A stretch of DNA of 64,000 nucleotides from Isurus oxyrinchus (lineage: Eukaryota): contig JANJGN010000008.1 of the NCBI GenBank assembly GCA_026770705.1, positions 18,662,001 through 18,726,000 of the forward strand. The letters are read 5' to 3'. A program made the position numbers and the translations under genes. Shown in pieces: positions 11,883 through 23,800 of this stretch; the stretch's first letter is position 1; the number at the start of each line of letters is the position of its first letter. The notes beneath the pieces were generated by a model, which had not been told where the DNA came from, did no database searches, and saw only the letters and a list, made by a program, of their open reading frames with translations.

Positions 11883-14800
11883 GTAAGTGTTTTATTTCCA
11901 TCAGTCACACTTATCTTACTTTACGCTATCATAGTGTTTAATGAATTTACATATCTACTATTGTGAAAAGAAATAATGTCTTTATTATTTTGTTCCTGCT
12001 CCTTTTAACAGGACGTGTAAGTTCACTTTTCCGACTCCAGCAATGGAACAATTGAATCAAATGAAAACTGTGAACATATTTCTCATTGCTCTTAACTCAG
12101 TTTCCTGATCTATCTCTGAATTTGCCTGGTCATCTCTACATATACTCTTGCATATAACAAACTTCTATCATATAACTTGCTGTCACATTTCAAAGTATCA
12201 CAATCACTCCGTGGAAGTCTTTCTGGAATCCATATATTTGATATTTAATCATTCAATGGTCAACCGGTTGCATATGTTTCAGAATTCAGGTTTCCAATAT
12301 ATAATAATATTCAAATGTGAATTTATGGTTCTAAAATGAAGAGCAGTTGAAAATAGTTTATTGTTTGAGCCTATAGAACTTATTGTAGCTACGCAAAATG
12401 ATGGAAATACTCTTTCCGTCAGAACTGACGATAAGTCATTGACCTGAAAAGTTAAAACGGGTGAGATTTTAATTCAATTAAAGCTCATTCGCTAAAACAG
12501 AGTTAAAATTGGGCCCATTGCCTCTCTTTCTCTCTCCACAGATGCCGTTGGAGTTGCTGAGTGTTTCCAGCAGATTGTATTTTATCTCAGATTTCCAGCA
12601 TCCCCAACCATATTTGTTTTTTTTACACGATACTGTTCAACTAAAGTTTAACTTGGAACAAGTTCAATAATTTTACACAATTTGGTTTTGCAATCAGAGC
12701 CATTGTGATTCTAGTATTTGTGATGTGAAAATGTAACCAATATATTGGTTTTAGTGAGGATTTTACTATTTCACATTTACCCTTTAAAATAAAGGCTGAT
12801 GATAATTTGAAGGTGGAAATATATTCCAGTGAATGACAAACTATTGACTGAACGATGGGACCAATGTCACCAGGGGCCATTTGGAAATATTCAAATGCAT
12901 TAAGTACATTTTTCACCATCACAGCCATGGATGTCACCTGCACTGATAAGACACAGCACCTGAAATACACTGTCAGTCAGATTCCTAGAACTGGTTTATC
13001 CCCGTCACATTTCAGACACAGTGAAGAGCGGACGCAAGAAACACTTGAACTCGTCCCAATTTGGGAAGCCCCATTACAAGATAAACAGGATGGAGACTCA
13101 CATAACTGTATCCTTCCCCAGTTTCTCTCCCATGAGCTCCTGTCCATCCTGATAATGTGCCCTGTAGACCAGGAGTCACAAGGAGTTCTGGAACCTTTAT
13201 ATTCTGTCTAAGGATTTAACCACATCCCCCTTTTTAATTTTGATTGTTTTTTGTATTTGTGTTGTATATTCAGCTAACTCTCATAATCAATACACTGAAT
13301 ATAATAGGATTGTTCTGTTTTTCTCTGTAATAGTGACTGAAATGAAGACAATATTATGAGCTGAATATAAAAATTATATTCTTAAATTAACAGTGCAATT
13401 ACTAAATCTGCCTCCATATGTATACACTTGACCCCTCCCTTCAGCAGCATACACTCACCCGATCTCAAATCTGTCCTTGTTCCCAGTTACATTTCATTCT
13501 TTGTTTCATCCAACGCATTAACAACAAGTATTTTGTCTTCCTTTCAGGTTTTGAGGAATGCAACAATTTCCTTTATTCTGCTTTTAACACCGGCTTTAGT
13601 CTTTAATGCTATTATTACCATGGTTTTTGCCTTGTGTTCTGTGATATATTTGCCATTTAATCTCTCCAGACCTCTAACCTATCCCTGACCTTCTATTTTG
13701 CTCCACCTGCAACCCCCGACATTTTCAACAGCGTGAAACTCATCACATTTCTATCTAATCACAGTTCTGAAGAAGAACCATATTTGACTCAAAGGGCAGA
13801 ATCATCCCAAATTTGCACTAAGTGTGGTACCGGGTGGAAGAAAGGATGTTTTACCCACCAGCCACAATGATAAATTTTCAAACTGTATCGTAACATTCCC
13901 AGCATGTCCAGCCTCATTAATAATTCAATCCCGGCAAACACGCTGGGTTGGTGGTGGGGTGGCCTCTGATTCGCCTCCCCCACCGCCACCTGAGGCCTTC
14001 AGAAATCCGGGCAACGTATTTAAAAGCCAAAACAAAAACAGAATTACCTGGAAAAACTCAGCAGGTCTGGCAGCATCGGCGGAGAAGAAAAGAGTTGACG
14101 TTTCGAGTCCTCATGACCCTTCGACAGAACTTGAGTTCGAGTCCAAGAAAGAGTTGAAATATAAGCTGGTTTAAGGTGTGTGTGTGGGGGGGCGGAGAGA
14201 GAGAGAGAGAGAGGTGCTTGTGTAGACAAACAAGCAGTGATAGAAGCAGATTATCAAAAGATGTCAGTGACAATGGTACAATAGAACACATAGGTGTTAA
14301 AGTTAAAATTGGTGATATTATCTAAACGAATGTGCTAATTAAGAATGGATGGTAGGGCACTCAAGGTACAGCTCTAGTGGGGGTGGGGGGAGCATAAAAG
14401 ATTTTAAAATATTTAAAAATAATGGAAATAGGTGGGAAAAGAAAAATCTATAAAATTTATAGGGGAAAAAAAAAGGGGAAAAAAGGGGGAAACAGAAAGG
14501 GGGTGGGGATGGGGGAGGGAGCTCACGACCTAAAGTTATTGAATTCAATATTCAGACCGGAAGACTGTAAGGTGCCTAGTCGGAAGATGAGGTGTTGTTC
14601 CTCCAGTTTGCGTTGGGCTTCACTGGAACAATGCAGTAAGCCAAGGACAGACATGTGGGCAAGAGAGCAGGTTGGAGTGTTAAAATGGCAAGCGACAGGG
14701 AGGTTTGGGTCATTCTTGCGGACAGACCGCAGGTGTTCTGCAAAGCGGTCGCCCAGTTTACGTTTGGTCTCTCCAATGTAGAGGAGACCACATTGGGAGC

Positions 14801-17800
14801 AACGAATGCAGTAGACTAAGTTGGGGGAAATGCAAGTGAAATGCTGCTTCACTTGAAAGGAGTGTTTGGGCCCTTGGACGGTGAGGAGAGAGGAAGTGAA
14901 GGGGCAGGTGTTACATCTTTTGCGTGGGCATGGGGTGGTGCCATAGGAGGGGGTTGAGGAGTAGGGGGTGATGGAGGAGTGGACCAGGGCGTCCCGGAGG
15001 GAGCGATCCCTACGGAATGCCGATAAGGGGGGTGAAGGGAAGATGTGTTTGGTGGTGGCATCATGCTGGAGTTGGCGGAAATGGCGGAGGATGATCCTTT
15101 GAATGCGGAGGCTGGTGGGGCGATAAGCTTATATTTCAACTCTTTCTTGGACTCGAAATCAAGTTCTGTCGAAGGGTCATGAGGACTCGAAACGTCAACT
15201 CTTTTCTTCTCTGCCGATGCTGCCAGACCTGCTGAGTTTTTCCAGGTAATTCTGTTTTTGTTTTGGATTTCCAGCATCCGCAGTTTTCTTTGTTTTTATA
15301 TTTAAAAGCCACCCTGGCAAAGAGCTAGTGTCCTTCAAGGGATAGCAGCTGCTGGGGCCTGATGGCTGCCAAAGGGAGGAAACATGCTGCTCCCAAATTT
15401 AGAAAAGCCCCCCTCAAGCACCTACTGGAGGCAGTGGAAGCCCCGCTGTGATGTCCTCTACCCTCGCTCTGGGCAAAGAGCAGCAAGAACGGTCACCAAT
15501 CCAGCATGGGAGGCGTGGCAGTGGTGTTCAGCGCCAATACCCTGCAAAAGAGGACAGCTACCCAATGCCAAAAGAGGATGAATGATCGCCTCTCTTCTGC
15601 TAGGGTGAGTCACTCTTCTCATCTCACAAACCCATCACAAATCCACAAGGATCTCATTCATTGCCAGATCAAGGGACTTCACCATTCACCCTCTCACACA
15701 TGCATTCATTTACCCTGTGGATCATGTTCTTAGCCCACTCATGACACCAATCACCACACACACACACACACACTCACACACACACATGCCAGGCATGCTT
15801 GTTATCTGGCCTGACAGGCATCCTGCTTACATGCATTCATTAGGACAAACCGGCAAACAACAAATAGGAGAGATTGCAGTCTGGGGGAGGAGTGCCTGAA
15901 ATCATGGTCCTCACGGGCTTTGAAAATACAGTCATCCAGCTGGCCAGTGATGATCTGGACTGTTCCTGTTCTGATGGTGAAGTTGGTGTTGCTTTACCAA
16001 GTGAGGATCCAGCAGTACAGCATCTATCAGACAACCATGCTGTGAGGCAGTCCCCCTGATCCACAGTCCCCTGCCATGCACTAATTTTCTCTCCTTGCTT
16101 TCGCTGGTGCATCTGGGAAGTGAGGGGGTCAACGAACGAGGTCCTCGACTCAATCCTTGAAGAAACCTTGGGAGAAGAATCTGATGACACCCTAATTGAA
16201 GGCCCATTGCAGCGCTCACGCTCTCCCTCCACCACTGCAGAAACCCACACCTCGGTGGGGCCTAGTTCTAGAGTAGTCTCGGGATCACAACCTGGTGTGT
16301 AACCTCATACTGTCAGACCCACAGCAGGCAGCGGCAGGGACTTGCCAGGTTACTGGCACTCGGAGGACTGCTGGAAGCCAGAAATTCTGAGTCAGATGAG
16401 GATCCTCTGGGCTTGGCCATGTCACAGTTGCTGGAGCTACAAAGGTCATCTCAGGAACATCTCGCGAGGCGACCATGTTCTCGACTTTGATCAGGTCCTC
16501 ATAAAAGATAGGCAACACCTGCAAGAAACCACAAAGGCGCACCCCCCAAACCCCCCCGCAACACCCCCCCCCCCCCCGGTCTACAAACAGGAGCTGCACG
16601 TCATAATTCAGGCCGTGTACCTGGCGGAAGAAATACATCGCCAGGGCATACCATCTCGGAGGGGACTCTACGTCAAGATATCGATGCAGGGCCAGAAGCC
16701 GGAAAGTCACCATCTGGGTGCGTGGGCACACCAACTCCTGAACGCCCTCCCTAAGCGAGAGACTCAGAACCTCAGCAGCAGCCCAGTGCAGCCTCTTGTC
16801 GCGAGGACCACCCCAATGCCCAGCCAGCGCAGAACCAATCCCTATCACCTCCTCTGCAAGAGGCCCAGGAAAGGGTCCACGAAGATAGAATACAGTTGGC
16901 CAGACAGGGGGCAGCCCCTACACATTCCTCTCCCAAAGTGCCGTCAGCAACCCGTTAATCTTAACTGGACAGCCTGTGGCAGCGTACAGAAGTCGAAATG
17001 CATCCCAAACCTGAATGTTCGCAGAGTCCCGAATAAATATTTGTGACCCACCCTGTCGAACGCCTTCTCCTGGTCAAGAGAAAGGAAGGCGTTTGACAGA
17101 GCAGTCCTCTGGGAAGAGTGGATAATGTCCCAGACCAGATGGATGTTGTCAAAGATAGTGCGTCCCGAGTCCATGTAGGACTGGTCAGAGTGGATCATGT
17201 GGTCCAGCACAGTGCCAAGGCATAAAGACATTGCCCTGGCAACGATTTTGTAATCCGTGCTGAGGAGGGGGACTGGGCGCCAGTTCCTGAGGTGGCAGAG
17301 ATCCCGCTTCTTAGGCAGCAGGACAATCACAGCCCTGCGCCATGGGAGGGGCATCTCCCTGGTCACGATACTCTCCCCCAGGACCCTCGCATTGCTAGCA
17401 CTGCACAGTCATTATTCAGGAATGATGCTAAATGTCTGTAGATGCAGCTGCCTCTGGGCACTGCTAGCTAACCCAGGCGAGGCAAGGGAGGGCAGAGTAG
17501 GGTACAGGTCTCCTCTCCCTTAAAGTTCAGTTTCTCACAGCCCTCCCTGCTCGGACAACCCGACAACCAGACAGACAAAAGACAGTTTTTTACTTTCCCA
17601 GGCACCGACCTCCTGCAGCAAATGTTCTCCCTATCCAGCTGGAGTTGGATCCTCTCCCCTCTGGCCCTCGCCAAAATCCCACTCCCATGCTCTTTGAGCC
17701 TTGCTAGGCCTTACAAGGCCCTGCCTGTAGTAGCAGGTTGTCATACCAGCAGCAACAGCAGCAGCCTTTTGGCAGCGGTTTTCTTGACCCAGTTGAGGAC

Positions 17801-20800
17801 TAGAAGGAAATCCCACAGCAGCAGGAACAGCCACAGGAAATCACACAGCAACAGGAACAGCCACAGGAAAACAGCAGCAGGAACAGCCACAGGAAAACAG
17901 CAGCCGGAACAGCCACAGGAAATCTCACAGCAGCAGGAACAGCCACAGGAAATCCCACAGCAGCAGGAACAGCCACAGGAAATCACACAGCAACAAGAAC
18001 AGCCACAGAAAAACAGCAGCAGGAACAGCCACAGGAAAACAGCAGCCGGAACAGCCACAGGAAATCCCACAGCAACAGGAACAGCCACAGGGCAACAGCA
18101 GCCGGAACAGCCACAGGAAATCCCACAGCAGCAGGAACAGCCACAGGAAATCCCACAGCAGCAGGAACAGCCACAGGAAAACAGCAGCAGGAACAGCCAC
18201 AGGCAGCACCAAGCACAACCACAGCGACAGCCATATCTCAGCTGTAATGAGCTACAGCTGAGACCAACCAGGAAGCAGAGGCTGGGCACGGGTGTGAATC
18301 ACTTGTACATAATGTTCACGACTGTAAATAAACTCCCAAGAATCTCTCCTTGCCTATGGCTCCTTGTTCTGATGAACAGTGTCCGTGTCACTCTGATGTG
18401 AAACCTTGGTTCCTGCACAAGATAAAGGCAGGTGTCTCATCCAGGACTTCTTCCCTGTGCTTATGCAACCTTCCCAGCACACTGATGGTGCGCTTTCACC
18501 ATCACTGTAAACAATAGTCATGCTTGCACCTTACTGGGGCTTATCATTGCTGCCAGAATGTCCTGGGCCGGTGGCGCAGAGTACCATCATTTTCTCTGTG
18601 TGCTCTCAGCACCTTTGAGGTGTGGCTGGCCCACCATCTCGTCAGCATCTGTGTCTGGTGACAGTGTGGTCCTGGAGGCTTCTACTCATGAAGGATGCCA
18701 TAGGAACAGGAGAAGTTAAAGTTTCCCTAGAGCATCCTCATGACATGATCCTGTTCACAGAGCGCAAGAGGGTTGCCATCAACCAGACAGGAGCCAGACA
18801 TTCACATAAGCTATGTGAGGATCTACGGAGTGTCTGCACCGCATGTCATCATCATCCTTCTGGAATGTAGGGACTATGGGCATCCGCTGCCTCTCCATGA
18901 CAGGAGCCTTATCACAGAGGTTATGTGCACTGTCATCAGCCAGGCAGGAGTCAAATGTTCACAGATGCAAGGTGAGGATCTATGGAGCCCCTTCAGGGCA
19001 AGTCAACAACATTCTCCATAAATCTAGCAGCTATGCCTGCCTCACCTGGACAACACGATAGCCTCATCCCTGTCATCCTCCCCTTCTAGCACCTCATCAA
19101 ACTCATCCCTGTTGACGTACTCTTCAATGGAAGAGACAATCATCTTCTCCTCAGGCAGTTCCTCCCCAGGTTGCAGCGCCAGGTTGTGAAGGGCGCAGCA
19201 ATGACGATGATGCGTGAATCCTCTGGAGAGTATATATTGCAGAGTCCAGGCACCACAACCTCACTTTCAACATCCTGATGGTCTGCTCCACCAAGGTGCG
19301 AGATGCAGCATGAGCCTCATTATACCGTCACTCTGCTGTAATCTGAGGCTGCCTCACAGGCGTCATCAGACACGTCCCCTGTGGGTAACCCTTCTCCCCG
19401 AGGAGCCAATCCTGCAGTCTGTGGACCCTGGAAGATGTCAGGGGCCTGAGACCTGCTGAGGCTATAGGTGTTGTGGACACTCCCTGACAATTGCCTGCAG
19501 ACCTGTAGGATGCATTTGTGGTGGTTGCACACCAGCTGAACATTCAGCAAGTGGAAGTCCTTGCAGTTGACAAAGATGTCCACTTGTTGCCATAGAGACC
19601 TGAGTACCCGTCAGTGCTGTCAATGGCAACATGCACCTGTGGAAAACCTGAGACCTGTACAAATCCCAGTGCTCTTTCATCCTGGCTTTCCTGATCTGGA
19701 GCTCATTGCACAAAGCTGTGTGTCTTAATGAATATAGCATCCATGGCATGTTGCATCTTATGTGTTACGAGAGTTTCTGACTCAACCACCCTTACAGACA
19801 CTGAGTTCCAGGCTCACTCCACCCTCTGATGGAAAATGTTTCTCTTCAACTCCCCTCTTATCCTTCTACCTCTTACATTAAATCCCTGCCCCCAATCTAT
19901 GCCTCCTGGATGCCATTGTATGTGGAGGCTTGTGAGATCCCACAGAGATCACCTGAGGACCCCAGAAAGGAGCCACTGTCTTAAAAATTGAGTGCTTCAG
20001 TCACTTTCTAGGCCACTGGCAGTGGATGCCCTCCATGTCTCCATGGCAACAAATCCTGCAGTCACTGGCAGATGTGACTTATCAGTTCCCTGGTCACACG
20101 CAGTCTTCGGCGACACTTTTTCTCACTCATCTGCAGGAAGGACAAGTATCGTCTGTAGACCCTGGGTCTATTTGGATGCCAATCAGCGAGGCTCACTGTG
20201 GCTCATCAGCGCCATGCACAGGACCCCCAGCTGCCTCTTCCTGAGGGTAATCCCCCCCCCCCACTGCCCACCCAGGTACCTCCATCACTCTCTTTTCTCC
20301 TTCGTCCCTGCTCTCTGTGCATCACGAGGTATACAGATAGTTCACCGGACTCCATGCTCCTGCCAGATGAAAGAGAGAGACGTGTGGGTTAGCATGGGTG
20401 TACTAAGAACCTCGCTTGGTTAAGTCTAAAGGCCCCTTAACACGTATCGGAGACTGCTGGCCACCACTTGGATGACCAGAATTCAGTGCATTGCATGGCT
20501 GCCCGAAACACCACCTACGTCCACCCTACTCCACGAGACCAATTGGCGGCCGCTTTGCACACTGGACTGCATGGTGTGCTCTCAGCTCAGGTGCAGGCAT
20601 TCTCCTAACCTGCACTGCAAGGCTGCACTGTTAACTTGAACCATGGGGGAGGCTGGTCCAAAACTGAATGAAGACATTGCAAGGGGCTGTGAGCACCTCC
20701 ACTAGTTACTGCTCCATGACCAGCTTTTGCAAGGAGATTGTATGACTTTCCCAGTCATCCAGTGTTCTGTAGTCCACTAAATTGTCATTTGTTTGCAGTT

Positions 20801-23800
20801 TGTTCCCGAGTGGTGAAAATTTCAGGAGCATTTGGAGCATTTGGTGGCCCTTTCATGCCTCTGCATTGCTTCACTGAGAAGAGAAGCTAGAGGCCTGACT
20901 CCAAGCATGTCAATGTGGCTGCATCTGAACTGTCTCAGCTGTGGAGGAACGGTCACTTCATACAATGTTTCCCTAATGTGTGGCCATCTCTCTCCACCTC
21001 TGCCCCGCTCCCTGCATGTACTTCTACACCACCATCAGACTGTGCTGCTTTCCCACCCTCCACCAACAGCAGCACAGCCCTTGCTCCAGAACCGCACAGT
21101 CAGCCAGTGGGGAAATAGCGAAATGCCTGTGCCCTCGCCTGAATGTGTGGCGCTTGTTTCTTCAAGTCAAGTGGGCGACCCTGGCGAGCGCTGTGTAACG
21201 TTAGTGCACACTCGCCCCCGAGTTCCTTTGGAAATTCAGCTCACCGGGTGCACCATCTTTTACATGTTGCCGTGAAACACGTCGGCGTATAATCTCACCG
21301 ACATTCCCAGATCATCCAGCACGGGGGGATGATTCTATTGGGCAGGGCTTATAATAATATGCAGATGTATGAAAATGACATTCCTGATGTGCGGCAGCAG
21401 GAAACGTGGTCACCCATTGACGGGTGGAGGGGACGTTCGCAAAGTTGGTTTCACAACGGAGTGGAAGTGAATTTTGGCCTTCTCACCATATTGTTCACTC
21501 ACGCCCACCATAGCGCCCGACACCAACGGGGATGGCAAATTCCAGCCAAAATATTAAGTATTTTTCTCTCTTCACAGATGCTGCCAGACCTGCTGAATAA
21601 TCCCAGCATTTTCTGTTTTAATTTCAAATTTTCATCATCTGCAGTATTCTGCTTTTATTATGAATTATTACAGACATTGAATTAAGAACTTGGATTAAGA
21701 ATTGAGGTTTACCATTAAAATAATTACATTTCCTCTTTCTAACAGGTAACACAAATCATATTTATTTTTTGGATGAGGGAGGTGATATCTCACTAAAAGG
21801 ACCAGACAATCCTGGAGATGGTCCTGTTGTCTGGAAATGGAAACCACACTCAGGGCAAGAAATCCAACAGCTGGTTACTTTTCGGAGAGACAGATCATGG
21901 AGGTGGAGTGCAAAATGGAGCAAACAATTTACAACCAGTGAGTTTTTCCAGAGGATAATAAAAGATCGGAATACCATTGATCTGAGAATTCGCAATCCCA
22001 TAATTCAATTTGCTGGATTGTTCACCTTGACTCAGACACAGCCAAGAAATGAAATCCTGAAACGTTATGAAATATTTGGGATCAAAGGTGAGTGGAACAA
22101 AATGTAGAAAAAAAACTATGATTTTCCATGAATAATATCAGGTGTAATGATTAGAAATTGCTGGGATCACATGGTTCAGGATTTTGAATTTTGGGTCAGG
22201 ACGCCGACGTTTGGGTCATATGGGGTTTACAATCCTGCCCCTGTTTGGGCACAGTCACCCAGCAGTGATTTTCCTTCAATTGGTCAATTAGAGGGCAGGC
22301 TGGCCTGATATTTGAGGATGGTGGCCAGACTTTCAAAGCTGAGGACCAATGGGAGGCTCAGATATAACAGCAGTCTGCAGCTCTGGTAAGAGAGAGCGGG
22401 TGCATTCATCTTGAGGTGTCCCTTCTCCAAACTTCCTAATCTATTAAATTAAAATTTTGTCACAGCAATCGGATCACAATTGTGGAAGTGGAACCCTCTA
22501 CAGTGTGGCCTATGGCTGCAGTTGTGGCCGTGCAAGTGGGGAGGACCTGAAAGCCAGTCTTGAGTATTTATCCCCCTGCTCAGACACCGGGTGGTAGCCA
22601 GCAGGTAGCTGGCCTTGTTCCCCCATGCATCAGGAGGCCCACAGACTGACTGGAAAATTTCAGTCTGAGTTTGCTGATTGTCCTTGATAGGCCTTTAACT
22701 CCTCCCACTTTGGGTAGTCTTCCTGACTCCCAAGCCGCCTCCAGGAAAATGGCCCAGGGATGGGATGGTTCCAGGAAACAGGGCTGGGGGTGGGGGTGTG
22801 GCATAAAAATTACCCCAGCAGCTTTATGTCAGCCAGTGCGATGCACATTCCTCATTATAATTATCGGGGGAAAGATTCTGTTCATTGTTTCTATTGAAAT
22901 GGTCAACATGAGTAAAAGAATATTGACAATTTAACCAGGAACAACAAACTGAGGAATCTACGCCATAGATACCATTATGGCCTATACATTGACAGACTCT
23001 CTGTAAGATGTACTGAATTCTGTTACCAAATAGCTCCCTTGTGCTAATAACTCTCATCATTGTGAGATAGAGGGCCAAATCTGAGAATCAAAGGGCAGAA
23101 TTTTGCCTGTCCCCAGGAGGCAGGAATGGTAGCTTTGTGCCCAGAATTTCAGACGGATCTGTGGCAGATTATCTCCCTGACCATGTTCTGCCATGGGGGA
23201 GTTTTACTGCCATGAGGGAGTTTTACTGATGATGGGACCAGAATCAGGCAGGTTGCGGGAACCCCATAGGAATATGTAAATACCCTATTAAACTCCATTT
23301 TACCAGGCCACCAGCATTCTGCCATCAGCGGATCAACTCCCTGCTGTGTGGAGAAACCACCAGCTAAGTGAAGACAGCTTCTCAGTGACAGCCTGGGGAG
23401 GAGGGGTTTTAGTATTAAAAAGGGGGTCACGGCCCAGTTGGCACTGCGGACCCTGCTGGGCTACCAGTCCTCTGACTGGGGGATTCATGCACATTGATCT
23501 TTGAAGTTGGTGGGACATATTGAGAGCAGTTCACAAAGCATATCCGACACTGGATTTCATTTATAAAGTTACTGCCGGAATTTACATTCCCCAGTGGTTC
23601 ATAACCTGGAGGTAACCCAGAAGATGTGCTCGGCAACCCGCTACCCGCTCCCCCGTCCCCCCTCTTCCCCCCCAACCACCTCCAGCTGTCCCCAGACAAG
23701 GACTACACAGGAGTTGCCCAGGAAGTTTAAGCTTCTATTGGATAACAACCCTGTACCTAGAACCATCCGAAACTTGATTTATATCGGAGAATTTGATTGG

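Larger units (their letters stand above)
13794..21548. mobile_element. PIF/Harbinger transposon carrying nested insertions
   Basis: Imperfect TIRs (gggcagaat… / …attccagcca) flanked by AAA/AAA. Splits a Penelope pLTR (13740-13793 / 21549-21660). Myb/SANT-like ORF on + at ~15380-15610 (PAWEA…KRTATQCQKRMND). HARBI1 DDE nuclease remnants on - at ~19050-20350 (FHLLNVQLVCNH, WLLGEKGYP…LMTPVRQPQ, CCALHNLA). Confidence 0.85.

Noticed and set aside
12971-13236. Possible LTR plus polypurine tract on the - strand (aaaaaggggga-tgtggtt)
   Set aside because: No second LTR, TSD or coding remnant could be confirmed.
17805-18203. Regular ~30-bp repeats resembling a CRISPR array
   Set aside because: No unique spacers, no cas genes, and the context is eukaryotic.
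17622-18401. 259-aa Gln/Pro-rich ORF and antisense Cys-rich 'keratin-associated/metallothionein-like' ORFs
   Set aside because: These are translations of the 26/30-bp minisatellite, open in several frames on both strands, and nested inside transposon DNA.
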